From: Bradymonadia bacterium
GTDB taxonomy: Bacteria; Myxococcota_A; Bradymonadia; UBA7976; UBA1532
Assembly: GCA_046290225.1 (NCBI GenBank)
Contig: JBKAGE010000079.1
Coordinates: 96,001-160,000 of the forward strand
Direction: 5' to 3'
DNA length: 64,000 bases
In this document: piece after piece, positions 1 through 9,554 of the stretch
Position numbering within the stretch: the first letter of the stretch is position 1
Layout of the letters: the number at the start of each line of letters is the position of its first letter
Translations under genes and position numbers: made by a program
Notes under the pieces: generated by a model
The model's input: the letters and a program-made list of their open reading frames with translations, nothing else
The model's database searches: none
What the model was told of the DNA's origin: nothing

Positions 1-315
1 CGGCTGCGAGAGATCGACCGTCGCGTGCGGTTCCTGGGTAAACGACTCGATGACTGCGAGATCGTCGCGCCGCCCACCACCACGGACAAGGTAAGGTTCC
101 TGTCGTGGGTGGTTGCGGAGGACGAGGAAGGCGCGCCGCACACCATGTGCATCGCCGGCGCCGACGAGAGCGATCCCAAGGCAGGCTTCATCTCTTGGAA
201 GTCACCTGTGGGCCGGGCTCTGCTCGGCAAGCAGATCGACGACGAGATCACTGTGAACACCCCTGGTGGAGAAAAAGAGTTCGTGATCCTCGAGATTCAC
301 ACCGAGCGCCCCTGA
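1..315 (+). CDS. greB: Transcription elongation factor GreB (5'-partial)
   Basis: Frame is open from base 1: RLREIDRRVRFLGKRL (GreB-type helix), then ISWKSPVGRALLGK..DEITVNTPGG (GreA/B C-terminal signature). Confidence 0.92.
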   Translation, partial: RLREIDRRVRFLGKRLDDCEIVAPPTTTDKVRFLSWVVAEDEEGAPHTMCIAGADESDPKAGFISWKSPVGRALLGKQIDDEITVNTPGGEKEFVILEIHTERP

Positions 316-320
316 GCAGA

Positions 321-339
321 GCCTCTCCTGAGCAGAGGC
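321..339. terminator. Hairpin between convergent genes, possible terminator
   Basis: GCCTCT-CCTGAGC-AGAGGC; no U-tract; overlaps an 11-bp direct repeat CCTGAGCAGAG (311-321, 327-337). Confidence 0.35.
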
Positions 340-346
340 CCCACCA

Positions 347-2743
347 TCAGGGCATGTCACAGGCAGCTTCATCTGCCTCGCCGTCACAGTCGTCATCTTC
401 GCCGTTGCACAGCTCGTCCGAAGGTCGCACTGCGCCGTCACAGCTGCCCCAACGGCCGGCATCGCAACGCTGAAGACCACCGATGCAGCGCCCGACGTCT
501 TCTGTGCCGCCCGGGCCGTCGTAGCAGGGCCGAGTGAGGTCTTCGTCTACCCGGCCGTCACAGTCGTCGTCGAAGTTGTTGCAGTCTTCCTCTGAGGGCC
601 CCACCGCATCTGCGCAGGCCCCCCAAGCGCCGCCGGCGCAGGTCTCCACTCCGAGCGTGCATCGGCCGACGTCGATGCCACAAGGGCGGGTGAGGGCCTC
701 GTCGGTGGCGTCGTCGCAGTCGTTGTCGAGGCCGTCGCACAGCTCGGCGGAGCCATCCGGGCCCTCAGCTGCACACTCGCCCCAGGCCCCCGCGACGCAC
801 AGCTCGACGCCGGTGCCACACAGCCCTTCGATCTCACAGGCCCGGGCTACGGCCTCGTCGACGAGGCCGTCACAGTCTTCGTCGGTGTTGTCGCAGGTCT
901 CTTCTGTGGGCCCCGTGGCGCCCTCGCAGGCGCCCCATCGGGCGTCGGTGCACGTCTGCAGACCGCGCTGGCATCGACCCTCGTCCTGGCCGCAGGGGCG
1001 GGCGAGGCGCTCGTCGACGAGGCCATCACAGTCGTTGTCCACGCCATCGCAGGCTTCGAGGGCAGGGGGGATCTGACCGACACATGCGCCGAAGACGCCC
1101 TCCCGGCAGAGAGCCTGACCGGCCACGCAGGCGCCGACGGTGCCGCCGCAGGCCTGGCTGACGCCTTCGTCGATGCGGCCGTCGCAGTCGTCATCGGCGT
1201 TGTTGCACTGCTCTTCCGCAGGCTCCACCACCCCGATACAGCCCGTCAACTCTCCGCCGATGCATCGCTGAATGCCCTGGCAGGCGACGACCTCGGGGCC
1301 GCAGGGGATCTCGATGGCTTCGTCGACGCTGCCGTCGCAGTCGTCATCGATGTTGTTGCACAGCTCTGCCGTGGGCGTCGTCGCCCCCTGGCACACCGGG
1401 CCGTCGGGTCCGCAGGTGATGGTGCCTTGGGTACAGGCGCCACCCTCGACGCCGCACGACGCCCCTGCTTCACAGGGGCAGGCTTCATCGGTGAGGCCGT
1501 CGCAGTCGTCGTCGAGGCCAGTGCACTCGGCGCCGGTCTCGGCGTCGACAAAGGCAGGGGCTGTCAGGCGGTAGTCTTCGAGGGTGCACACCAGCCACCC
1601 TTCGGCGCCACCACATCGGGCGACCGCTGCCCAGCACAGGCCGTCGACGCGCTCGCACTGTGGCGCCGTCAGCGCCTCGTCCGTGTTGCCATCACAGTCA
1701 TCGTCGAGGCCGTTGCAGATCTCCTCGACGGGCTCTTCGGTGAGGCTGTTGCACACCACCAGGCCTCGAGCTGGATCACAGATGGTCTCCCCGGAGCGGG
1801 CGCACTGTCCGAGGCCGGACTCGCAGGGCTGCCCGGTGCCCTCTACGCCCTCGTCGATGCGACCATCACAGTCGTCGTCTTCGCCGTTGCACAGCTCCTG
1901 GGGCACGGGGCCACAGGTGCCACAGCGGTTGGTCACCCCTTCATCAGTGAGGGCGTCGCAGTCGTCATCGAAGCCGTTGCAGCGCTCTGCCTCGGGCACG
2001 ATGTCGCCCTCGCAGTCACCGAAGGCGCCCCCTGAGCAGGTCTGCGTACCCGCGAGGCAGCGACCTACACCCACCGTCCCAGCAGGGCCGCCATAGCATG
2101 CCTGGCTCTCGTCGCCAGCACACATGCAGCCCTCGTCGGCTTCGTCGACGTTGCCGTCACAGTCGCCATCAAAGCCATCACAAGGTGGCGCGTCAGGGGT
2201 GGACGCTGTCGCCGGAGTGACCTGCTCGAGGCACAGGCCGCCGCCACAGTCGCTCAGACCCTCGACGCACAGGCCGACGCCTGCAGTGCCCTCAGGTCCG
2301 GCATAGCAGCCTGTGAGCGCGCCCTCATCGATACGGCCGTCGCAGTCGTCGTCGGCGCCATCGCACTGCTCCTCGGCGCCAGGGAAGCGATCGGCGTTCG
2401 TGTCGTCGCAGTCGGGGCCCGCAGGGCAGTTTCGCCCGAAGTCGTCGCCGTCTTCGTCGATGCAATCCGTCGACGCGTCGGGCAACGCGGCGTCCACCGC
2501 TGCATCAGCGAGGTCGAGATCCGGGCCACCTGCATCCTCGCCTGCGTCGGGCGCAAGATCGGCGTCCACCCGGGCGTCGGGCAGTTGTGGTCCGGGGACG
2601 CAGGCCTCGGCGACGCAGCGCTGACCCGCAGGGCACTGATCGTCGCTTCGGCAACCTTCCACGTCGATGAGCAGGCTGCAGCTGGAGAGCCAGAGGCCTG
2701 AGAGACCGATCGCCGTATTGAGAGAGAAACGCTTGAGCTTCAC
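347..2743 (-). CDS. Cys/Asp-rich repeat lipoprotein (putative metal-binding, MopE-related motif)
   Basis: Lipobox-like LWLSSC; 13 copies of C-x-G/N-x-D-x-D-C-D-x3-D-E separated by Cys-rich spacers. Confidence 0.85.
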   Translation of the reverse strand: MKLKRFSLNTAIGLSGLWLSSCSLLIDVEGCRSDDQCPAGQRCVAEACVPGPQLPDARVDADLAPDAGEDAGGPDLDLADAAVDAALPDASTDCIDEDGDDFGRNCPAGPDCDDTNADRFPGAEEQCDGADDDCDGRIDEGALTGCYAGPEGTAGVGLCVEGLSDCGGGLCLEQVTPATASTPDAPPCDGFDGDCDGNVDEADEGCMCAGDESQACYGGPAGTVGVGRCLAGTQTCSGGAFGDCEGDIVPEAERCNGFDDDCDALTDEGVTNRCGTCGPVPQELCNGEDDDCDGRIDEGVEGTGQPCESGLGQCARSGETICDPARGLVVCNSLTEEPVEEICNGLDDDCDGNTDEALTAPQCERVDGLCWAAVARCGGAEGWLVCTLEDYRLTAPAFVDAETGAECTGLDDDCDGLTDEACPCEAGASCGVEGGACTQGTITCGPDGPVCQGATTPTAELCNNIDDDCDGSVDEAIEIPCGPEVVACQGIQRCIGGELTGCIGVVEPAEEQCNNADDDCDGRIDEGVSQACGGTVGACVAGQALCREGVFGACVGQIPPALEACDGVDNDCDGLVDERLARPCGQDEGRCQRGLQTCTDARWGACEGATGPTEETCDNTDEDCDGLVDEAVARACEIEGLCGTGVELCVAGAWGECAAEGPDGSAELCDGLDNDCDDATDEALTRPCGIDVGRCTLGVETCAGGAWGACADAVGPSEEDCNNFDDDCDGRVDEDLTRPCYDGPGGTEDVGRCIGGLQRCDAGRWGSCDGAVRPSDELCNGEDDDCDGEADEAACDMP

Positions 2744-3204
2744 GTGGCGAGATCACCGTTCAGTGTGTCGAAGGACTCCGCCATGAGGCGGTCGAGCTGA
2801 TCATGGGGCAGCGCCCGCTCGTCGGAGAATGCCAGGCCCACCACCCCGAGGAGGGCCGTGGGGGTCGAGGCCACGTCGACCTCTGGCGGCGCTACGGGGA
2901 GCGCCACCGCGGCGTGGGCGCTCACTGCCCGGGCGCCAGGGCGTACCCGCCCGGTCTCGTCGGTCTTCAGGTTGCACGTGTCCACAGGTCGGCCCGTGGC
3001 CCAGGCGATGCCCGCCATGCCCTTGCCGTGGGGGATGCGCGCCGTGACCTCTACGACGGGGGTGGGCAGGCCCACCCAGGCGACGATCTCAAGCGCATCG
3101 CGCACCCTGAGATGCACGCTGCCAGCAATGGCATCGTGACGACGGAGGAAACCCTCGAGCCACTGCTGAAGGGCAGGGTTGGGGGTGGGCGTCGAGTGGG
3201 ACAT
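2740..3204 (-). CDS. Stand-alone GAF domain protein
   Basis: IPHGKGMAGIAW..G, AVALPV, LLGVVGLAF pattern; stop overlaps the next GTG start (GTGA). Confidence 0.8.
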   Translation of the reverse strand: MSHSTPTPNPALQQWLEGFLRRHDAIAGSVHLRVRDALEIVAWVGLPTPVVEVTARIPHGKGMAGIAWATGRPVDTCNLKTDETGRVRPGARAVSAHAAVALPVAPPEVDVASTPTALLGVVGLAFSDERALPHDQLDRLMAESFDTLNGDLAT

Positions 3205-3226
3205 CAGGGCGACGGGCTCCTCAGTG

Positions 3227-4339
3227 TCAGCCTTGGGGGAGCCGCACCACGTGCTCGGTGCGGTCGAATCGTCTGCTGTCGGTCTCTTTGTAGCTGCCCT
3301 CGGGCTCGGCGTAGACCTGGGTGAACCCGTCGACGTCCTCGTGGGCCTCCATCTGGTCGAACCAGTCGTGGACCGCCTGATAGGCCGCCTCGACGTCGTC
3401 GCTGTGATACACCCGCTTGCGCAGCTCGGACCCCTGAGGGATGCCCCGGGTGAAGAAGCCGGTGACCTTCTTGAGCTTGCCCAGGGCCGCCTTCGGGTGG
3501 GGGGCCTCTTCGCAGATGAGATCGAAGTACTGAATCTGCACCGCCCGGCGCTCGCTCAGCGAGGGCACGTAGGGGGTGTTGCCAGCGAGGGCTTCGGCGC
3601 AACGGCGCAGCAGCCACGGGTCCCGCATGAGCCCGCGGCCCACCATCACGCCATCGGCGCCGCTGATGGCCAGGGCGCGCTTGGCGTCTTCCCAGGTGAG
3701 GATGTCGCCGTTCACCAGCAGGGGGATCTGCACCGCCGCCTTCACGTCTTTGATCGACGCCCAGTCCGCCTGACCCCGATAGCCGTCCATGCGGGTGCGG
3801 CCGTGGACCGTCACCATGGCTGCACCTTCTTCCTGGGCCATGTAGGCGATCTCTGCAGCGTTGAGGCGGTCTCGATCCCAGCCGAGGCGCATCTTCACCG
3901 TCATGGGGATCTCGATGGCCGACTTCACCGCCGTGAAGATTTGCCGAGCGAGGGCGGGCTCTTTCATGAGGGCAGAGCCGCTGCTGCCGCTGGTGACGCT
4001 CTTCGAGGGGCAGCCCAGATTGAGATCGACCATGTCGGCGCCGAGGTCGACGCAGTATTTCGCCGCCTCGGCCATGCGGTGCGGGTGCCGCCCGTAGATC
4101 TGAATGCTCACGGGGTGCTCGTCGGCGTCGATCTCCGCCATCTTCCAGATGCGGGCGATCTTGCGGCTGAGCCCTTCGCTGCTGACGAACTCGGTCACCG
4201 TGAGCCCGCAGCCGCCGAGGCCGCGGATCAGACGCCGAAACGGCCGATCGGTGATCCCCTCCATGGGGGCGAGCACGCAGGCTGGGCTGATGGTGATGCC
4301 GCCGGCGTCGATGCTGAGTGGGTGCAGTGGCGTGTTCAT
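3227..4339 (-). CDS. dusB: tRNA-dihydrouridine synthase, DusB/NifR3 type
   Basis: LAPMEGITD, DLNLGCP, TVKMRLGWD, TVHGRT, NGDI, GVMVGRG; start moved to ATG 4339 because the upstream ORF extension is antisense to the next gene. Confidence 0.9.
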   Translation of the reverse strand: MNTPLHPLSIDAGGITISPACVLAPMEGITDRPFRRLIRGLGGCGLTVTEFVSSEGLSRKIARIWKMAEIDADEHPVSIQIYGRHPHRMAEAAKYCVDLGADMVDLNLGCPSKSVTSGSSGSALMKEPALARQIFTAVKSAIEIPMTVKMRLGWDRDRLNAAEIAYMAQEEGAAMVTVHGRTRMDGYRGQADWASIKDVKAAVQIPLLVNGDILTWEDAKRALAISGADGVMVGRGLMRDPWLLRRCAEALAGNTPYVPSLSERRAVQIQYFDLICEEAPHPKAALGKLKKVTGFFTRGIPQGSELRKRVYHSDDVEAAYQAVHDWFDQMEAHEDVDGFTQVYAEPEGSYKETDSRRFDRTEHVVRLPQG

Positions 4340-4447
4340 AGCGCAGGGAGGGTACATCATCTGGGGGCGTCGTGGCCAAGGGCCCGATGAATCAGCAGGT
4401 GGGTTTCCACGCTTGTTCGAGGCGACGGGGCGATGCACTCTGAGCGT

Positions 4448-5644
4448 ATGACGCTCGAATTCTACTACGACATTGTCTGCCCGTATGCCTACATCGCCTC
4501 GACCCGTGTGGAGGCCCTCGCTGCCCGAGCCGGGGTCTCGCTCACGTGGTGCCCCGTGCTCCTCGGCGGTGTGTTCAAGGCCCATCAGAGCCCTCAATTC
4601 CCCGGAGATGCCATGGGCCCGGGGAAGGCGAGGCTCAACCTGCTCGACATCCACCGCTACGCCGCCCATCACGGCGTGCCCCTGGAGATGCCCGAGGGGC
4701 ACCCCCGGCGCACGGTAGAAGCCATGCGCTTGATCCTCGCTGCCCCCGAGACCGTGCGGTCGGCCTTGAGCCACGATCTGTTCCGAGCCTATTGGATCGA
4801 GGGGGCAGACATCGCCGATCGGAGCGTGCTCGCAGGCATCGGCGCTCGCCACGGGGTGCCCATCGAGGCCATCGACGGCCCCGAGATCAAGCAGGCGCTC
4901 TTCGATGCTGTCGACGCCGCCGTAGCCCACAACATCTTCGGGGTGCCCACGTTCAGGCTCGGTGGCGAGGGTGGCTCTGGGGAGATGTGGTGGGGTCAAG
5001 ATCGCATGCCCCTCGTGGAGGCCGCCGCTCGGGCCGCCGGGGGTGGTGGTCCGAAGGTGGAGATCTTCCACGACTTCGCCAGCCCGTTCAGCTATCTCGC
5101 CTCGACTCAGGTGGGCCGCATCACCCGGCGACGGGGCCTCACGCTGACGCATCGCCCGATTCTGCTCGGGGCGATGTTCAGGGACATCGGTACGCCCAAT
5201 GTGCCCATGATGGCCATGTCGCCGGCGAAGAGGGCCCACGCCGGCCAGGATATCCTGCGCTGGGCGGACTGGTGGGGGGTGACCTTGCGCTGGCCCAGCG
5301 CCTTCCCCTTGCGGACCGTGGCGCCACTTCGGGTGGCGCTGCAGGCGCCAGAGCTCACCGACGCCCTGTATCGGGCCGCTTGGGTGGATGATGTGAACAT
5401 CGGTGACCCGGAGGCGCTGCGAGGTGTCATCGTCGGGGCAGGGGGGGATGCCGAGGCGCTGCTCTCGGGCACTCAGAACCCCGAGATCAAAGCCCAGCTC
5501 AAAGCCAACACCGAGGCAGCGATCGCCCTGGGTGCATGTGGAGTGCCCACGGTGGTGATCACCGCCGTCGATGGTACTCAGGAGATCTTCTGGGGCCAGG
5601 ATCGACTGCCGCTCATCGAGGCCACCCTCGACCGCATGTTGTGA
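4448..5644 (+). CDS. Tandem two-domain 2-hydroxychromene-2-carboxylate isomerase / kappa-GST (DsbA-like) protein
   Basis: Two homologous halves: EFYYDIVCPYAY...FGVPTF..WWGQDR and EIFHDFASPFSY...GVPT..FWGQDRL. Confidence 0.88.
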   Translation: MTLEFYYDIVCPYAYIASTRVEALAARAGVSLTWCPVLLGGVFKAHQSPQFPGDAMGPGKARLNLLDIHRYAAHHGVPLEMPEGHPRRTVEAMRLILAAPETVRSALSHDLFRAYWIEGADIADRSVLAGIGARHGVPIEAIDGPEIKQALFDAVDAAVAHNIFGVPTFRLGGEGGSGEMWWGQDRMPLVEAAARAAGGGGPKVEIFHDFASPFSYLASTQVGRITRRRGLTLTHRPILLGAMFRDIGTPNVPMMAMSPAKRAHAGQDILRWADWWGVTLRWPSAFPLRTVAPLRVALQAPELTDALYRAAWVDDVNIGDPEALRGVIVGAGGDAEALLSGTQNPEIKAQLKANTEAAIALGACGVPTVVITAVDGTQEIFWGQDRLPLIEATLDRML

Positions 5645-5663
5645 ACCCCCAGCCGCTGCAGGC

Positions 5664-6596
5664 CTACCAGCGAAAGCCCACGCTTCCCGGGCCGACGATG
5701 ACGCCGTTGGGCTTCTCATCGTCTTCTGAAGAGAAGTACCACCAGGCGAGCCCACCGATCACCGCCGCCCCGCCGATGCCGTAGGCGATGTACGAGGCTG
5801 TGACCTGCCCCTCGTAGGTGTCGCGGGTGTTCAGGTTCTCGGTGGTGCTCAACTCACCATCGATTTGATTCCGGCTATCGAGGGCTGCGAGGGTCAGGCC
5901 TCCGCCGACGACGAGGAGCGCCCCGCCTGCGCCGGTGACGATCCAGGGCATGAGGCTGTCGCTGTCTGCAGGCGACGGAGCCGCCGTGCGGGCAGGTGGT
6001 GGGGCAGGGCTCAGCGTGAAGGAAAGTTGCACCTCGACACCGGGCTTGATCTCCACAGGTTTCGACTGAGGCTCATACCCATCGCGGGTCACCGTGACGG
6101 TGTACTGCCCCAGACGTACGCGGGCCTGCCACGGACAGGCTGAGCCATCGTCGAGCACGCTGGGCACCTGCACATGGGCCCCCTCGGTCTGACACTCGAT
6201 GTTCAGACGACCAAAGGCCTCTTCGGCGAGGGCGCTCACCTTCTCTCTGATTTTTGCCTGCCGCGAGGTGTCGTCCTTGAGCTCGAGGTAGGCCTCGAAG
6301 GCCTCTACGGCGTCGGCCTTGCGTCCGAGCTTGAGCAGGCACTGGGCGATGTTGAGTCGGATGATGGCCCGGGGCCCCTCCTCGGTGGCCAGGGGCTCGG
6401 CCCGCCTGAACTCCTCGAGGGCGCCGCCATAATCTTTGGCTTGATACAGCTGCTCCGCCAGCTCGACGTAGCTTTGGGCCTTGGTCAGCTCAGTGCCCTC
6501 CTGGCCAAGAGCGATCACTGGGGTGAGCAGAGCGGGCAGGCTGAACAGTAAGACACGCAGTGACAGGAGCGGCTGGCGCAAGAGCGGCTGTGACAT
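5664..6596 (-). CDS. Exported TPR + PEGA domain protein
   Basis: Signal peptide, TPR helices (YGGALEEFRRA, NIAQCLLKLG), PEGA (GQYTVTVTRDGYEP), C-terminal Gly-rich hydrophobic segments ending GFRW. Confidence 0.8.
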   Translation of the reverse strand: MSQPLLRQPLLSLRVLLFSLPALLTPVIALGQEGTELTKAQSYVELAEQLYQAKDYGGALEEFRRAEPLATEEGPRAIIRLNIAQCLLKLGRKADAVEAFEAYLELKDDTSRQAKIREKVSALAEEAFGRLNIECQTEGAHVQVPSVLDDGSACPWQARVRLGQYTVTVTRDGYEPQSKPVEIKPGVEVQLSFTLSPAPPPARTAAPSPADSDSLMPWIVTGAGGALLVVGGGLTLAALDSRNQIDGELSTTENLNTRDTYEGQVTASYIAYGIGGAAVIGGLAWWYFSSEDDEKPNGVIVGPGSVGFRW

Positions 6597-6618
6597 GGGC
6601 GAAGATCTCCCGAGTGTT

Positions 6619-8229
6619 CTACTCGTCGATGAGTGGTTTGACCTTGAGGCCCTTGTCCTCTGCGGGTTGGGGGGGCGCTGCTGGGGTCTCTGCTTTCGGG
6701 GTACGCTCGACCTCGGGCAGATCATTCCGCTTTTTTTCGATGGGGGCATCTTCCGGGTTCACTCGGGGCGTGCTGGTGCGCCGGCGCCCGCGTTTGGGGT
6801 TGCGTGCGCGCTTGGGTGTCTTCGGTGGAGGCACGGATGCATCTGGGACCACCGGAGCTTCTGCGTCAGGCACCTGAGGAGGCGCAGGTGGGGCGGTCGC
6901 GTCGGCAGGTGCCGCGGCATCAGGCTTGGTCTGTACCACTGCGTCAGGCGTCGTGACCGCGCCTGTAGGCGGACCCGAGTCAGGTGGTACAGCACCCACT
7001 CCACCATCACCTGTGCTGAGCGCCCACCACGCGCCACCACCCGCAAGGAGCGCCAGCACAACCCCTGGCAGCAACCAGGCATTGCCGGCAGGGCGGGTTT
7101 CTGGAGGTGCCTCTCCGGAAAAAGACGGCGTCACCACAGGTGCAGGAGAGGCGTCGGAGATCGCCTCTCCAGGGAGGGGCAGCGTCTCCAGCTTGCCGTC
7201 GGCGCTGCGGCGGGCCCCGGCGAGGCCACCGAGACCCTCTGCGTCGGGCAGGGCGGCCACGAGAGAGCGGGCCATGGTCTCGGCGTTGCCGAAGCGCTCG
7301 TCAGGGCGTTTGCTCAGCGCTTGTCGGATCGCATGCTGTAGAGGCTCGGGGATCCCCAGGCGCTCGGGCATGGGCGGCACCGGCTCGTTGATGTGGGCCA
7401 GCAGCACCGACAGTGGCGTATCGCCGTGGAAGGGGGCCTTGCCCGTGAGCATTTCGTAGATCACCACCCCGAGGGTGTAGAGATCGGTGCGGCCGTCGAT
7501 GGTGGCGCTGCGGGCCTGCTCTGGGGCCATGTAGCGGGGGGTGCCCAGCACATAGCCCTTCACTGTCTCCACCGTGAGGGTCTCTCGATCAGCGCCCTCT
7601 TTCTCGCTCACCATCTTGGCGATGCCGAAGTCGAGCACCTTGGCCTTCTCGGCTCCCCAGGGATCGAGGGTGATCATGACATTGTCGGGCTTGAGATCCC
7701 GGTGCACGCAGCCCTGGTCGTGGGCCTCGCTCAGTGCGCCGAGGATCTGCACCGTGAGGTCGACCACCCGCTTGGGGGCCATGGGACCGTCAGATCTGAG
7801 CAGGCTCGCGAGAGAGCGCCCCTTCACCAGCTCGAAGACCATGTAGAGGGCGCCGTCTTCCTCACCATAGTCGTGGAGCGTCACCGTGGCAGGGTGGCTC
7901 AGTCGCGCCACCACCTTGGCCTCCCGGAAGAAGCGGGCCCGCATCTCGGGGTTGTCGCCTTCGCCTTGGCGGATCACCTTCACCGCAACTTCGCGGCCCA
8001 CGGGGTGTTGAATCGCCCGGTAGACAGCGCCGAAGCCCCCCTTGCCCAACAGATCGATCAGGGCGTACTTGTCACCGAGGCGCCGGCCGAGCATGGCCTC
8101 GCGCTGATGTCGCGCCTTGATGGCCGGATCGAGGAGGGCTCGATCCGGATGATCCGGGCAGGGGTGCCCCACAGGCAGCGTGCGGGGCACGTCGCACAGA
8201 GGGCAAACTGTGTGTGACGGTGCAGACAT
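6619..8229 (-). CDS. Hanks-type Ser/Thr protein kinase, membrane-anchored
   Basis: GKGGFG, VAVK, HRDLKPDN, DFG, GTPRYMAPE; TM helix; N-terminal CPLC..CPDH. Confidence 0.95.
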   Translation of the reverse strand: MSAPSHTVCPLCDVPRTLPVGHPCPDHPDRALLDPAIKARHQREAMLGRRLGDKYALIDLLGKGGFGAVYRAIQHPVGREVAVKVIRQGEGDNPEMRARFFREAKVVARLSHPATVTLHDYGEEDGALYMVFELVKGRSLASLLRSDGPMAPKRVVDLTVQILGALSEAHDQGCVHRDLKPDNVMITLDPWGAEKAKVLDFGIAKMVSEKEGADRETLTVETVKGYVLGTPRYMAPEQARSATIDGRTDLYTLGVVIYEMLTGKAPFHGDTPLSVLLAHINEPVPPMPERLGIPEPLQHAIRQALSKRPDERFGNAETMARSLVAALPDAEGLGGLAGARRSADGKLETLPLPGEAISDASPAPVVTPSFSGEAPPETRPAGNAWLLPGVVLALLAGGGAWWALSTGDGGVGAVPPDSGPPTGAVTTPDAVVQTKPDAAAPADATAPPAPPQVPDAEAPVVPDASVPPPKTPKRARNPKRGRRRTSTPRVNPEDAPIEKKRNDLPEVERTPKAETPAAPPQPAEDKGLKVKPLIDE

Positions 8230-8378
8230 CCAGGTTCCTGACGGATGGGCGTGGCGATGCTGCCGTGCCCCCTCGGGGTGTGAAGTATAGAAGCCACCTG
8301 CAAGAGGTCAATGGATCGTGTAGGGGTGATAGAGGCCCACAAAATCGGACGATGTGGGTGAAAGAGGGAGAGCAGCAC

Positions 8379-9488
8379 ATGTCAGTACCGTTCCTCGATC
8401 TCAAGGCGCAGCTGGGGGACTACCGCGAAGAGGCGCTGGCGGCCTTTGTCGACGCCATGGACGCCCAGGCCTTCATCATGGGCGCTCGGGTGAAGACATT
8501 CGAAGAGTCACTGGCGGCGTACACCGGTGTCGGTCACGCCATTGGGGTGTCCTCGGGGACCGACGCCCTGATGGTGGCCCTCATGGCCCTCGGCGTGGGC
8601 CCGGGGGACGAGGTGATCACCACCCCGTTCACGTTCTTCGCCACCGCCGGTGTCATCGCGCGGCTGGGAGCCCGGCCGGTCTTCGCCGACATCGATCCGG
8701 GCACTTTCAACCTCACCGGCGAGGCCATCAACCCCCTCGTCAACACCAGGACCAAAGCGATCCTGCCCGTGCATCTGTTCGGCCAGATTGCCGATCTCGA
8801 CGCCCTGGCCCCCGAGAGCCCCCCTGTGGTGGAAGACGCCGCTCAGAGCCTCGGCGCCACCCGTCGAGGCAAGATGACCGGTCATCATGGCGCGCTGTCG
8901 TGCATCAGCTTCTTCCCCACCAAGAATCTCGGGGCCTTCGGTGACGGTGGAGCAGTGATCACCACCGACGCCGAGCTCGCTGATCGGTGCACTCTGCTGC
9001 GAGTACACGGCGCCCGGCCCAAGTATCATCACGCCATCGTCGGCGGGAACTTCCGCCTCGACGCCCTGCAGGCGGCGATCTTGAGCGTCAAGCTGCCCCA
9101 CCTCGAGGCGTGGACCGAGGCACGCAGGGCCAACGCTGCCCGCTATGTGGCCATGTTCACGGAGTCAGGCCTCGTGGAGCGCGGGTTGATCACGTTGCCG
9201 GTGGTCCTCGATGACAACCGGCACGTCTACAACCAGTTCGTCGTCCGCGCGAAGGATCGTGACGCCCTCAAGGCCCACCTCGCTGCCCAGGGCATTGGCT
9301 CGATGATCTACTACCCCAAGCCGCTTCACCTGCAGGCGTGCTTCGCCGATCTGGGCCACGGCCCGGGGGATTTTCCTGCCGCCGAAGAGGCATGTGCCTC
9401 GGTGCTGGCCCTGCCGATCTACGGTGAGCTCACCGCTGAGCAACAACATCTCGTGGTCGAGGCCATCGCCGGGTACTACGGTGTGTGA
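8379..9488 (+). CDS. DegT/DnrJ/EryC1/StrS family PLP aminotransferase
   Basis: VPFLDLKAQ, SSGTDAL, EDAAQSLGA, SFFPTKNLGAFGDGG, NFRLDALQAA; SD-like GAGGGAG upstream. Confidence 0.95.
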   Translation: MSVPFLDLKAQLGDYREEALAAFVDAMDAQAFIMGARVKTFEESLAAYTGVGHAIGVSSGTDALMVALMALGVGPGDEVITTPFTFFATAGVIARLGARPVFADIDPGTFNLTGEAINPLVNTRTKAILPVHLFGQIADLDALAPESPPVVEDAAQSLGATRRGKMTGHHGALSCISFFPTKNLGAFGDGGAVITTDAELADRCTLLRVHGARPKYHHAIVGGNFRLDALQAAILSVKLPHLEAWTEARRANAARYVAMFTESGLVERGLITLPVVLDDNRHVYNQFVVRAKDRDALKAHLAAQGIGSMIYYPKPLHLQACFADLGHGPGDFPAAEEACASVLALPIYGELTAEQQHLVVEAIAGYYGV

Positions 9489-9531
9489 GCGCTGGGCTCA
9501 ACCTCGCTGAAGGCGCACCCGTGCAGGCCTT

Positions 9532-9554
9532 TGCCCCTATGAGGGCATTTTTTT
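9532..9554 (+). terminator. Rho-independent terminator after the aminotransferase
   Basis: TGCCC-CTATGA-GGGCA followed by T7. Confidence 0.6.

Noticed and set aside
2740..3204. Free methionine-R-sulfoxide reductase (msrC) call for the GAF protein
   Set aside because: The C-x2-I-x2-G-x-G-V-C-G cysteines are absent (TARIPHGKGMAG)
4340..5755. 471-aa N-terminal extension of the dusB ORF
   Set aside because: It is the antisense shadow of the HCCA-isomerase gene; Dus similarity starts only near 4339
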